Shown in pieces: positions 8,497 to 18,071 of a stretch of DNA of 23,522 bases. The DNA comes from Gemmatimonadales bacterium (GTDB taxonomy: Bacteria; Gemmatimonadota; Gemmatimonadetes; Gemmatimonadales; GWC2-71-9), in NCBI GenBank assembly GCA_041577295.1, contig JBFGJG010000059.1, positions 1 to 23,522 of the forward strand, in the 5' to 3' direction. The notes under the pieces are model-generated. The model did no database searches. It saw nothing but the letters and a program-made list of their open reading frames with translations, and had not been told where the DNA came from. The translations under genes were made by a program, and so were the position numbers. Position 1 is the first letter of the stretch. Every line of letters begins with the position of its first letter.

Positions 8497-10437
8497 CTAG
8501 AGGGATATCGCTCCACCGATCCCGGGTGTTGACGGCTGGCGCACCTCAGATCCGTGGTTCACATACTCCTGAAACCAGGCCTCGAGATTCAACAGCATCC
8601 AGATGCGGACATGGTGGTCTACTCGCCGATTCAGGTGCTCATCAGTGAGTCGATTCACGGCATCGGGGGTGATCCAACCGTCCTGCACAATGTGCCCGTC
8701 GATCAGACCGCGCCGAATCTCGGGAAGCGTCTCTTCATTGAGCCAGAACGCAACTGGGAACATGAACCCCTGCTTCTTGCGGCGCACAATAGAGCGCGGC
8801 AGCCACGATTCCGCCGCGCGCCGCATGGCGTATTTCGTCACCCCCCGTCGGACCTTGAGGCGCGGAGGCATCGACGCGCAGAACTCGGCCAACTCGTGGT
8901 CTAGCAGAGGCGCACGGGTCTCCAGCCCATGGGCCATGCTGAGGCGATCTGCCAACATGAGGGTGTGTTCCGGCAGACGGGTCAGCACGTCGGCGTGAAG
9001 CATCCGATGCAGGACGCGCGTCGTATCTGCATTCTCGAACGGTCGCGAAATCGCCTCCTCTGAGGCCTGCGAGTTCAGCTGTCGCTGGAGCTCAGGACCG
9101 TACGCCCACAAGCGCTCGTCCGGACCAAACCGGAAGAAGCTGGTCATCCGCGCGTACCGGCGACCGTCCTCGGTACCTGCGAGCTCGTTCAGCCAGCGTG
9201 CACGCTGCGTAAGGCTCTTGTAGCCGAAGGATTCGGGCAGTCGGCGGACAGCCGGCGCCACCACATCCTGGCGGAGCCATCGTGGCAACTTTGCATACCA
9301 TCCCACCCATTCAAACGCTGCGTACCGGTCGAATCCGGCGAAGATTTCGTCGCCTCCGTCGCCGCTGAGAACCACCTTCACGTGTTCTGAGGCCAGACGA
9401 GCCACCTCGAAGATGCAGGCCGAGATGGGGTCAGACGGCTCGTCTAAGCACCGGACGAGGTCTGGAACGTCGTTCAGTCGCGTAGCACCGACGTGCCGCT
9501 CGCGATGCTTGGTGCCAAAATGTTCGGAGACCTTCCGAGCATGGGGAGTCTCGTCGAACGTGGCCTCATCAGATCCGATGGCGAACGTTTGCACCGGTCT
9601 GTCCGTCTGGTGGGCCATCGAAGCGACGACGATGCTCGAGTCGATCCCACCAGATAGGAATGCGCCGACTGGCACGTCACTCACGGTGTGGAGCTGCACG
9701 GCGGCTTGCACGCGCTCCCCCAACTCCTCGATCCAGTCCCGTTCCGATCGCCGCGGCGCTTCGGGAAAGGCCAGCCCCCAATACCGCTCCACGGTGAGGT
9801 GTCCCTGGTGCCAGATCATGCGGTGGCCGGCCGCTAGCTTGCGAATGCCCCGGAACATGGTGAGCGGTGGGGGGACAAAGCGGAGAGAAAGGTAGTAGTC
9901 GATAGCAGCCGGCTCGGGCTCCGCGGAGACGTCGGGATGGGCCAGCAGTCCCTTCACCTCTGAGGCGAACAGTAACCGCTGTCCGATCTGGGTGTAGAAC
10001 AGGGGCTTCTGGCCAAACCGGTCGCGCGCGGCGAAGAGCTGGCGTCGCCGTCGATCCCAAATGGCAAACGCGAACATGCCCCGCATATGATGGACGCACT
10101 CCACGCCGTACTGCTCGTAGAGATGTAGGACAACCTCGGTATCCGTGTGGGTGCCAAAGCGGTGACCGCGTGTCTCTAGATCACGGCGCAACTCGCGGTA
10201 GTTGTAGGTCTCGCCGTTGTAGGTGATCCAGAGAGTCTGGTCTTCGTTTGAAAGCGGCTGACGCCCGGCCGTACTGAGGTCGATAATCGTGAGGCGCCGA
10301 TGACCCAGGGCTGCCGATTCATCGGCATACAATCCGTCGTCGTCCGGTCCGCGATGGGCCAGTGCTGTGGTCATGGCCAGCACATGTTCCCGCTCACGCA
10401 GTCCATGAGACCCAACAACGCCACAAATGCCGCACAT
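8497..10437 (-). CDS. asnB: Asparagine synthase (glutamine-hydrolysing)-type amidotransferase, copy 1
   Basis: N-terminal MCG (Ntn Cys), HRGPD, RLTIIDL..GRQP, NGETYN, RDRFGQKPL, PP-loop LSGGIDSS, SGDGGDE, DRLSMAHGLETRAP, RKKQGF. Confidence 0.95.
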   Translation of the reverse strand: MCGICGVVGSHGLREREHVLAMTTALAHRGPDDDGLYADESAALGHRRLTIIDLSTAGRQPLSNEDQTLWITYNGETYNYRELRRDLETRGHRFGTHTDTEVVLHLYEQYGVECVHHMRGMFAFAIWDRRRRQLFAARDRFGQKPLFYTQIGQRLLFASEVKGLLAHPDVSAEPEPAAIDYYLSLRFVPPPLTMFRGIRKLAAGHRMIWHQGHLTVERYWGLAFPEAPRRSERDWIEELGERVQAAVQLHTVSDVPVGAFLSGGIDSSIVVASMAHQTDRPVQTFAIGSDEATFDETPHARKVSEHFGTKHRERHVGATRLNDVPDLVRCLDEPSDPISACIFEVARLASEHVKVVLSGDGGDEIFAGFDRYAAFEWVGWYAKLPRWLRQDVVAPAVRRLPESFGYKSLTQRARWLNELAGTEDGRRYARMTSFFRFGPDERLWAYGPELQRQLNSQASEEAISRPFENADTTRVLHRMLHADVLTRLPEHTLMLADRLSMAHGLETRAPLLDHELAEFCASMPPRLKVRRGVTKYAMRRAAESWLPRSIVRRKKQGFMFPVAFWLNEETLPEIRRGLIDGHIVQDGWITPDAVNRLTDEHLNRRVDHHVRIWMLLNLEAWFQEYVNHGSEVRQPSTPGIGGAISL

Positions 10438-10475
10438 GTGTCTCTAACCAGTCCCTCGTGAAAAGTGGTGCAGCG

Positions 10476-11465
10476 TCATACCGGGGTCGGGGTACCTCTG
10501 CCGACTGCCAAAGTGCGACGCAGCCCCTCAGCGAGATCAACCGTCCCCTTGAATCCCAAATCCCGCTCCGCCGCGCTCGTGTCAAACGCGTTGTCATCCT
10601 CGAAGAACGTCAGGCTGCGGCGGGAAAACGGGGGTTGGCGTCCAATGAGACCGAACGTCCACTCCGCCGTTCTCCCTATCGTCCAACCCAAACCTCTGGG
10701 CACCCGAATTCGTGGAGCCCGGACACCCAGAACTTCGGCAAAAGTGCCCACCATCTCGAGGAGCGGCATCGCTCGAGGACCGGCAATGATGTACGTACCT
10801 CCGGACACGACGCTCGGCGCGTCGGCGGCGCACACATAAGCCCGCACCATGTCGTCGATATGGATGGGGTGCCGGAGATTGGATCCATTGCCCACGTAGA
10901 AGAAGCGTCCCTTCCGAAGTGCCCGAATGAGCTTGGACGTCCGTGGACATCCTGGACCATAGACCCAGGCCGGGCGTAAGACTACGGTCTCGAGTCCAAC
11001 GGCCGCCGCGCGCTTGAGCACCGCCCGTTCACCGGCAAGCTTGCTTCGACTGTACGCGTTGTTTGGGTTCTTGGGTGCGTCCTCCCCAGCCGGGGGGCTC
11101 GCCACATGGCCGAAGATACCCACGCTGCTAGTGTGAACGAGCCGACGCACGCCAGCGGCAACGCACGCGTCCACGAGCGCCTCAGCTGCCCTCACATTCA
11201 CCGTGTCAAATGCATCCTGATCCGCATGAACGTCGAGATGAACACTGGCCAGGTGATGCACGGTGTCCACCGCTTCGAGGTGCGCACGCAGGTTCTCGCT
11301 GTCGCAAATGTCACACTCGGCGTACTGAATTGCGTTGTGCCCGAGGTCCACGTCAGGGTAGACGTCGATGGCCCGGACGTCCCGACCGGCCTCGGCCAGG
11401 TGAACAGCCAGATGACGACCCATGAAGCCCGCCGCACCCGTGATCAGCACGGATCCGTCGCGCAT
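10476..11465 (-). CDS. NAD-dependent epimerase/dehydratase (extended SDR)
   Basis: TGAAGFMG Rossmann motif, HLAS, HTSS, catalytic YSRSK, LRPAWVYGPG. Start overlaps the upstream stop at 11465. Confidence 0.92.
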   Translation of the reverse strand: MRDGSVLITGAAGFMGRHLAVHLAEAGRDVRAIDVYPDVDLGHNAIQYAECDICDSENLRAHLEAVDTVHHLASVHLDVHADQDAFDTVNVRAAEALVDACVAAGVRRLVHTSSVGIFGHVASPPAGEDAPKNPNNAYSRSKLAGERAVLKRAAAVGLETVVLRPAWVYGPGCPRTSKLIRALRKGRFFYVGNGSNLRHPIHIDDMVRAYVCAADAPSVVSGGTYIIAGPRAMPLLEMVGTFAEVLGVRAPRIRVPRGLGWTIGRTAEWTFGLIGRQPPFSRRSLTFFEDDNAFDTSAAERDLGFKGTVDLAEGLRRTLAVGRGTPTPV

Positions 11466-12292
11466 CAGTCCGGCTTTCTCGCGGCGACGGCCACAGCGTA
11501 CCCTCCTCGGCCCGGTACGATCGCGTCGAAGGCGGCAAAGGTTCTGATGAGTGGGTAGATCAGCGAATAAAGGCGATAGGTCTTCTCGACGGCGTCGAGT
11601 TGGGCTTTCGATGTCGGTGCAATCGTTCCTTCAGACACTTTGGGACCTCGACGGCGTTTCGACAAGATCTTTACGTATCCAAAGTTGATCGCAAGCTCCG
11701 CCAACTCGGTGAAGAACCGCGCGTACCCCCCTCGTGCTACGGGCTCCAAACCCACGGTCCTGCTCATCGACTCGAGCTCACTGACCCGGTATCCTTGCAC
11801 AACGTGGCCGTAGGCCGCCGGGCCCATCCCAACCACTCGCTTGAGCACTGCCACGGGAAGCCACGGGTTCCCGTTCGGCGTGGTGAGAATGAGAACGCCT
11901 CCGGGCCTTAGCACCCGTGCCAGTTCACGGTTGAGCGGCTCAACGTCTGTGAGATGCTCGTGAGCGTCGATGACGACGATCCGGTCGAACCGGCCATCAT
12001 CGAACGGGAAGGCATCAAGTGTCGCATGGCGCACGGGCTCACCGAGGAAGGCTGCTAGCTCTTCCACGTTCTCTTCTTCGAGCTCGACCCACTCCCAGGC
12101 GCCACCGTGCGCGCGGAAATGGTAGTTCAAGGCACCGTTGTTGTCGCCGTTAGTCACCAGCAGGCACCGCTCGGTGCGCAGCGGTCCCAGGAGATCAAGG
12201 AGCAGGTGCAGCTTCTGCTGCTTCTTGAGGCTCTTGCCAAACATCCTGAGCTGCCAGGGGGAGGCTTCCGCATTCCCGGGGGTCCTCGTCAT
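11465..12292 (-). CDS. Class I SAM-dependent methyltransferase (275 aa; start refined to MTRTPG)
   Basis: FPFDDGRFDRIVVIDAHEHL and ELARVLRPGGVLILTTPN. ATG at 12292 overlaps the asnB stop (ATGA) and follows GGAGG; the longer 12451 ORF would overlap asnB by about 160 nt. Confidence 0.85.
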   Translation of the reverse strand: MTRTPGNAEASPWQLRMFGKSLKKQQKLHLLLDLLGPLRTERCLLVTNGDNNGALNYHFRAHGGAWEWVELEEENVEELAAFLGEPVRHATLDAFPFDDGRFDRIVVIDAHEHLTDVEPLNRELARVLRPGGVLILTTPNGNPWLPVAVLKRVVGMGPAAYGHVVQGYRVSELESMSRTVGLEPVARGGYARFFTELAELAINFGYVKILSKRRRGPKVSEGTIAPTSKAQLDAVEKTYRLYSLIYPLIRTFAAFDAIVPGRGGYAVAVAARKPD

Positions 12293-14226
12293 CCAGCCTC
12301 CTGAAGTGCCATAGGGCGCTGGCGCGCCCGCCGTTCGATGCCGCGAATGGCGAGTTCGAGCGCCATAAGGCACCATAATCGGTGCGCGTGGTTCTCGCGG
12401 CCGACGGTGTGCTCGGTCACGAGTCGCTGGACCTCTTGCCTGCTGAACCACCCTCGATCGCGGAACTGCGTGGTCGTCAGGAGATCATCCAGCAGTGCGC
12501 GCAGGGGCCCGCGAAGCCAGTTCTTCATTGGAATACTGAACCCCTCCTTGCCCCTCCGTCGGATCTCTCGAGGGAGTTCGGGCGAGAAAGCCCGCTTGAG
12601 CAACCACTTGCTCTCCCCGTTCTGGAGCTTCCATTCCCCGGGCAAGGCCATGGCGAGCTCAACGACCTCATGATCCAGGAAAGGCACTCTGGCTTCGAGC
12701 GACACCGCCATCGACATCCGATCCACCTTCACGAGGATGTCGTCAGGAAGGTAGCCGGTGACATCGGAGTACAGCTGTCGGTTGAGTCCTTCGAATCCGC
12801 GCTCTGCAGCTTCGGACAGGCGCCCCCGGTAGTACCCAAAGGGATCACGTCCTGCGAGTTGCTCGGCGACGTCGGCGCTGTAGAGGGCCCGCCGCTCGAG
12901 CAGGTCCCAGAACACCCACCATCGGGCATGCTCCAGATCGGCCGGCCGACGGATTCCCTCGGCAAACCGCTTCGCCTTGTTGACCGGACCCTTCTTTGCC
13001 GGAGACGGTGGCAGCCGACTCAACAACGCGTCCCCAAGCCTCCACGCAGCGCCCCTGGTGATCCACCGCAGCCGCCGGGCCCACCCGTCGGCACGATAGT
13101 GGTCGTATCCTGCGAAGAGCTCGTCCCCGCCGTCGCCGGACAGGACAACGGTCACCTCGCGGCGGGCCAGCACCGATATCATGTACGTCGGAAACGCCGA
13201 GACGTCACCGAAGGGCTCATCGAACGAGTCCATCAGCCGCCCGGCTAGCTCCACGATTTCCGGTGTCACAAGCTCTTCCCGGTGTTGCGTCCGATATCGG
13301 TCGGCGACGATGCGGGCGAACTCCAGTTCGTTGTACGATCGGTCAGCAAATCCCATCGAGAACGACCGCACTCCATCGCGGTGATCGGCGCTCATCAGCG
13401 AGACGATGATGCTCGAGTCGATACCGCCCGAGAGGAACGCTCCCAAAGGCACGTCGGCCATGAGCCGACGCCGGACGGATAGTTGGAGCCGACGCCGGAG
13501 TTCAGCGGCTGCCTCGGTCACGGTGACCGGCGCGTGAACCGCGTCTCGCTCGAGGCGCCAAAATCGGTGCAGGCGGCCCGAGCGCCCCTCCCCTTCGACG
13601 ATGAGCACTGTGCCAGGGAGCAGCTTGGTGACGCCCCGCACGATGGATCGCGGCGCAGGCACGTACTCATACGTGATGAAATCGTCGATGGCCTCGAAGT
13701 CCCACTCGATCGGCACCCAGGGTGCGGCGATCACCGCCTTGAGCTCGGATCCAAAGACAACCCCTTCGGGACCGTCGTGCACGTACATCGGCTTGATCCC
13801 GAGCCGGTCGCGCGCGACGAGCAGGCGCTCATGGCGACCATCCCAGATCCCGATGCCGAACATCCCGTTGAACCGGGCAAAGCAGTTTTCGCCCCACTCT
13901 TCGTAGGCGTGGACAATCGCTTCCGTGTCGCTCCGGGTGCGGAACCGGTGACCCCGCTGAATGAGGTCACGGCGCAAATCCCCGTGGTTGTAGATCTCGC
14001 CGTTGAAGACGACTTGAACGGAACCGTCCTCGTTTCCCATCGGTTGATGGCCTCCGGCGAGATCGATGACTTGTAGGCGGCGCATGCCGAGGGCGCGTGT
14101 GCCCTCACGCCACACACCCGACTCATCCGGGCCGCGATGGGTCAACGTCTGGGTCATGGCCCGGATGACCGCGTCCTCGGCTGGCCGACCTGACCGAAAA
14201 CACCAGAATCCGGTAATGCCGCACAT
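12289..14226 (-). CDS. asnB: Asparagine synthase (glutamine-hydrolysing)-type amidotransferase, copy 2
   Basis: MCG, HRGPD, RRLQVIDL.GGHQP, NGEIYN, RDRLGIKP, LSGGIDSS, SGDGGDELFAGY, KVDRMSMAVSLEARVPFLD, RGKEGF. Confidence 0.95.
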   Translation of the reverse strand: MCGITGFWCFRSGRPAEDAVIRAMTQTLTHRGPDESGVWREGTRALGMRRLQVIDLAGGHQPMGNEDGSVQVVFNGEIYNHGDLRRDLIQRGHRFRTRSDTEAIVHAYEEWGENCFARFNGMFGIGIWDGRHERLLVARDRLGIKPMYVHDGPEGVVFGSELKAVIAAPWVPIEWDFEAIDDFITYEYVPAPRSIVRGVTKLLPGTVLIVEGEGRSGRLHRFWRLERDAVHAPVTVTEAAAELRRRLQLSVRRRLMADVPLGAFLSGGIDSSIIVSLMSADHRDGVRSFSMGFADRSYNELEFARIVADRYRTQHREELVTPEIVELAGRLMDSFDEPFGDVSAFPTYMISVLARREVTVVLSGDGGDELFAGYDHYRADGWARRLRWITRGAAWRLGDALLSRLPPSPAKKGPVNKAKRFAEGIRRPADLEHARWWVFWDLLERRALYSADVAEQLAGRDPFGYYRGRLSEAAERGFEGLNRQLYSDVTGYLPDDILVKVDRMSMAVSLEARVPFLDHEVVELAMALPGEWKLQNGESKWLLKRAFSPELPREIRRRGKEGFSIPMKNWLRGPLRALLDDLLTTTQFRDRGWFSRQEVQRLVTEHTVGRENHAHRLWCLMALELAIRGIERRARQRPMALQEAG

Positions 14227-14229
14227 CGG

Positions 14230-15420
14230 TCAGGACACCGCTGCGACCAGCGGGCTGGTCATGACATTGGCGATCAACCGCTCGAGACGCTCCATGTACA
14301 CCCGTTCGCTGTACCGCGTGTCGGCGAGCCGCCGAGCGCCACTCGCAAGGTTCCGCGCATGGGCCTGGTCGGTTAGGGTGCGGATGAGTCCCTCGGCAAT
14401 GCCCGCCGGTTCAGGAGGCACGAGGTCCGCACTTGTCGAATCCAGCGCCTGCGTGTGAGAACGAATGGCCGTGGCAACGATGGGCTTTCCAGCTCGTAGG
14501 TACTGGTAGATCTTGAGCGGCGTATTGGTGCCCCGGGCGCGGGTCGTGACGAGCACGTCGGCCACCTCCAGGTACGCAAACACGTCCGTGGGAGGGACCG
14601 AACCGACGAACGCAAACGCTCCGTCAACCGACCGTGCTCGTGCTGCCTCGTGCAGGGCTCCAATTTGGTCCGGCGTCCCCCCGACCACTAGGAACACCGC
14701 GTTTGGCACGCGCTGAATCACCTCGGATGCTGCAGACACGAGTAGATCCAATCCCTGGTACGTTTCCAGCGTTCCCGTGTATACGATCACGGCACGGCCA
14801 GCTAGCGAGAAGCGTTCGCGGATGGCCTGGACCCGCGCCGATAGGTTATGTGGTGGGTCGAAGTCCAGCGTGTTCTCGATCAACTCGACGGGTCCGGGGT
14901 AGGCGAGGCTCTGAACGTGCTCCAGTAGGTCGGGGCAGATCACAATGACGCCATCGGCTCCCGCCAGGGTGTAGCGCTCCGCTGCGCGGAAGCTCGCCAC
15001 AACCGGGGGCCAATTGAATCGGCCAAAGTTCGAAAACTGCTGCGGGAGACTGGAGTGCATGTCATACACATGGGGGATGCCAACCGATCGGGCTAGCCAG
15101 GCACCGAAGACCCCGGCTTCTTCATGAGTGTGGAGCAGGTCGTAGCCTCCGGCGCGCGCCAGTCGATCTGCCTTCACAAACAGCGGGACGTCGAGTCCGA
15201 TCTTGGCAATAGACGGTCCGATCCGGACGTCCCGGATACCGGGAGGGCGTGCGGTGCGGATGATCGTGAGGCCCGGCAATTCTGGGGAGTCTCCAAACGG
15301 GTACGTGACGAGGTCGATTTCGTGACCCAGTTTCAGCAGCGCACGTATCCTGTGCAGCACGCTGAACGGTGTTCCACGCGGACGAAAGAACGGCTGTGGT
15401 GCAACCATCAGGATGCGCAT
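14230..15420 (-). CDS. Glycosyltransferase family 4 (GT-B)
   Basis: MRILMVAPQPFF, YDMH, IVYTGTLETYQGLDLL, ADVLV, PLKIYQYLRAGKPIVAT. Confidence 0.92.
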   Translation of the reverse strand: MRILMVAPQPFFRPRGTPFSVLHRIRALLKLGHEIDLVTYPFGDSPELPGLTIIRTARPPGIRDVRIGPSIAKIGLDVPLFVKADRLARAGGYDLLHTHEEAGVFGAWLARSVGIPHVYDMHSSLPQQFSNFGRFNWPPVVASFRAAERYTLAGADGVIVICPDLLEHVQSLAYPGPVELIENTLDFDPPHNLSARVQAIRERFSLAGRAVIVYTGTLETYQGLDLLVSAASEVIQRVPNAVFLVVGGTPDQIGALHEAARARSVDGAFAFVGSVPPTDVFAYLEVADVLVTTRARGTNTPLKIYQYLRAGKPIVATAIRSHTQALDSTSADLVPPEPAGIAEGLIRTLTDQAHARNLASGARRLADTRYSERVYMERLERLIANVMTSPLVAAVS

Positions 15421-15496
15421 CGGATCTCAGCTGTTGAGGCCGTGCGGCGTCGGAGCCGGCCTCGTGGACGGAGACAGGCCTTGAACGGGGAGATAG

Positions 15497-15512
15497 AGCA
15501 AGCGTGATGCCA
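15497..15512 (-). promoter_or_regulatory. Sigma-54 (RpoN) -24/-12 promoter for the GT4-asnB-MTase-SDR-asnB operon
   Basis: Minus strand TGGCATCACGCTTGCT is one mismatch from TGGCAC-N5-TTGCW with exact spacing, about 77 bp upstream of the ATG at 15420. Confidence 0.8.
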
Positions 15513-15522
15513 GGGCTGCTGA

Positions 15523-15535
15523 TTTCAAGTTATTG
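15523..15535 (+). promoter_or_regulatory. IHF-like binding site between the sigma-54 promoter and the UAS
   Basis: TTTCAAGTTATTG versus consensus WATCAANNNNTTR (one mismatch), in an AT-rich patch of a GC-rich region. Confidence 0.45.
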
Positions 15536-15611
15536 TCCTACAACACATTATGGCATCCGTTGTTGACCGAGCTGCTCGATTGATTCCCCGCGCCCCTCCC
15601 AATCACAGTGG

Positions 15612-15629
15612 TGTTGCGGGGAGACAACA
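15612..15629. promoter_or_regulatory. Dyad TGTTGC-N6-RCAACA copy 2 (putative enhancer/UAS)
   Basis: TGTTGCGGGGAGACAACA; arms extend to TGGTGTTG/CAACACCA (15609-15632); about 100 bp upstream of the sigma-54 site. Confidence 0.75.
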
Positions 15630-15713
15630 CCATGCCGGGTGGATCGTCCTCCGGTGAGAGCGCCGTCAGCGCCGACATCGCGGCCACACCCCACCATCCA
15701 GAGGGATCTGCGG

Positions 15714-16535
15714 TCAGTCGCGCCTCCGGTGTGTCACGTGTTTCCGGAGCTGCATCGTCGCCTGCGACACGCAAAACCTGGGGAGCGACTCGAGCTCTCC
15801 ATAGATGGGCGGCTGATTCGACAGGCCGATCAGATGTTCAGTGATCGCCGCTGCCGGCCGAGTCGGGTCCAGCGCGATACGCAGGGCAAAGCCATAGGTG
15901 CCCACACGCGTCTGGTGGTGCCGCAGCGGGAGTGGATCACTCCCCGGGAGCGTCCATATGCCAAGCCTGCGGGCCTCTCCGAAGAGATGAGGTGCCGAGC
16001 CGTACCGCAGCCTACCGCCGTTGTCGCCGAGGAAGAAGGCTCGCCCACGTAGACTATGGATCGCCTGAGCCACTTGGCGGCCGCGGCGGAACCGCCACTT
16101 GCCGAAACCCCACGGGACAACTGCCACTGCACCGTCGTCGAGCACTTGGCGGATCGTGTCAAAGAACCCCCCCCCGTCGCGGTAGCGATGATCGGTGCCG
16201 AGGGCTAGGACTTCGAGCCCGCCGCTCGCCGCAATCTGCCTCCCCGCCACGAGCGTCAGGCGTCCGCCGTCAACGCGTTGCGCCACGAGGGATGCGCGCT
16301 CTTCGGTGCGCGTGAACCGCCACGGACGCGCATGCGTCTCTCCGACGGTTGCGTCGAACGCCGCAAAGTAGTCATGGCCGGACGACTCGGTGAGCATAAG
16401 GACGTACTCCGACCGCGCGAGGACACCCTGGTGAGATGCCGCTGCCCGAAAGTTCGTGAGAGCAGAATCGAGAACGCGATCCACGTCGAAAAGCGGGTGG
16501 AAATGGACGTGGCCGTCCACCAGGACGACGTTCAT
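15714..16535 (-). CDS. PHP-like (TIM-barrel metallo-phosphoesterase-like) hypothetical protein
   Basis: N-terminal VDGHVH, LMLTE, GRQI..LEVLALG, VVPWGFGKW, LPGSDPLP follow the PHP motif order. Start placed at MNVVLVD (16535); upstream ATG at 16634 is an alternative. Confidence 0.65.
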   Translation of the reverse strand: MNVVLVDGHVHFHPLFDVDRVLDSALTNFRAAASHQGVLARSEYVLMLTESSGHDYFAAFDATVGETHARPWRFTRTEERASLVAQRVDGGRLTLVAGRQIAASGGLEVLALGTDHRYRDGGGFFDTIRQVLDDGAVAVVPWGFGKWRFRRGRQVAQAIHSLRGRAFFLGDNGGRLRYGSAPHLFGEARRLGIWTLPGSDPLPLRHHQTRVGTYGFALRIALDPTRPAAAITEHLIGLSNQPPIYGELESLPRFCVSQATMQLRKHVTHRRRD

Positions 16536-17186
16536 GTTTTCAGACGCCACCCTTGAGTTCAGCAAGGCCCGGGTCTCACTTGCTCTGGACTGTACGGTAT
16601 CGCCTACCCTTCCATGCCCCGCCTGGAACCTCATGCGTCGCCCCGATAAGCAAGGAGCAGTCCGGAGACTCGCGTGCGGGTGCCAAACAAGCCTGGAGCC
16701 GAGACTTCGAGGGCTCTCTGAGGCATTCTTTGCGTGCTGTCAACCATGCGTGTTCACCCGGAGCGTCTGGCGATGCCGCCGGTCTACTTTGCGGTACGCG
16801 CCGATGGGCCCGCGAAGGCCGAGAGCACCGGGAGCGGCGACTGTGACTGTGATAATCGTGTGGCCCACGTCTGGTGCGATCGCAGGCACGTCAACGCGCA
16901 GGGGCGGTATCAGTCCCAGCCTTCCGCCGACAGGAAACCATCGTAGCCAGGACCGCGACCGGTAGGGGCGGCACCTACGGGTGCGGCAATGCGTAGCGAG
17001 GTTGCAGTCCGGGTTCCCGATTCTCTGCGGTGGGTCACGGATCCCTCCACTATGACACTAGGTCTCGACCATCCACGGCATCATGTGGACGTGTGGGCAG
17101 TGCCACCTCGGCGACGAGCTGGCTCGGTTTTGCCCGCGTCAGGGTTTTGAAGCTCGTGAGAGTGTTGATTCACGGGAGGCAGGACC

Positions 17187-18071
17187 CTATTTCGACCCAA
17201 CAATCAACAAGGCCGGTGCTAACAGCTTCTGAAGACCGAGTGCCGCGATCGTGCGGAACCAGAATGGCCCCCATGTTCCGCCGGAGGCCACCTGCTCGTA
17301 GCCGGTTCGTTGACACAAAGCCGCGCGGTCAGCGTGACGCCACAATCTCCTGCGGTCATTTGCCGGCACGATGTCCTTTGGAAACTGGTAACCGTAAAGT
17401 GGCAGGAAACCGGAGGTGCGCCGAAAGCCCGCCCTCCTGAGCAGCCGCTGCAGACCCCAGAAGCCGTGCAGAAGCTCCCACATTGGCCCTGCGCCCCGGA
17501 CGCGAGTAACTCGATGGGCAATTGCCTGCGGGAGCAATAGCCCGCCGAGGACACCCTGATGAGGGGAACGAACGACGAACCGCGGATACCATCGGTTCTC
17601 GATTGCGACCACGAGGTGACCACTCGTCCCAAGTACCCGTGCTGCCTCGCGACAACAATCCAGGTGGGCGGTGTGGGGTGCGTCAGCCTGCGGCGCGCGC
17701 CCCATGTATTCGAGGACGCCTATCATGAGAGCGATGTCAAAGCTGCCATCGGGAAAGGGGAGTTGGAGGCTGCTGGCCGCAAGGAATTCGGGTTCATTCT
17801 TCACGGTCTCTATAGCCGGCCTCGCCGCGGCCTGACGGAGCTCTGTGACAGAAAGATCGATCCCAACAACTCTGCACGCTCGCTCCGCCAACGCCAGCGA
17901 TATCCCGCCGGAGGCGCAGCCGAGGTCTAGGACGTGCAGCCTGTCCAGCGCGCCGATCTGCTCCTCCAGAAACCCAGTAAGCACTCGACCACGAGCAAGA
18001 CCGTCTCGCCAGAGAGCGTCGACGGTCTTAGCCTCTTGCCGATCATCATGCGTCAAGTTCGCCTTCCCCAT
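17187..18071 (-). CDS. Class I SAM-dependent methyltransferase (Methyltransf_11-like)
   Basis: VLDLGCASG motif I, VVGIDLS, LPFPDGSFDIALMIGVLEY, RVLGTSGHLVVAIENR. The first ~125 aa of the 422-aa ORF do not look protein-like; start is likely 18071 or 18092. Confidence 0.85.
   Translation of the reverse strand: MGKANLTHDDRQEAKTVDALWRDGLARGRVLTGFLEEQIGALDRLHVLDLGCASGGISLALAERACRVVGIDLSVTELRQAAARPAIETVKNEPEFLAASSLQLPFPDGSFDIALMIGVLEYMGRAPQADAPHTAHLDCCREAARVLGTSGHLVVAIENRWYPRFVVRSPHQGVLGGLLLPQAIAHRVTRVRGAGPMWELLHGFWGLQRLLRRAGFRRTSGFLPLYGYQFPKDIVPANDRRRLWRHADRAALCQRTGYEQVASGGTWGPFWFRTIAALGLQKLLAPALLIVGSK

Noticed and set aside
8497..14226. AsnB pair as lasso-peptide cyclases or a RiPP cluster
   Set aside because: Both keep the N-terminal Ntn Cys and a full glutaminase domain, and no RRE/B1, B2 protease or lasso precursor is visible.
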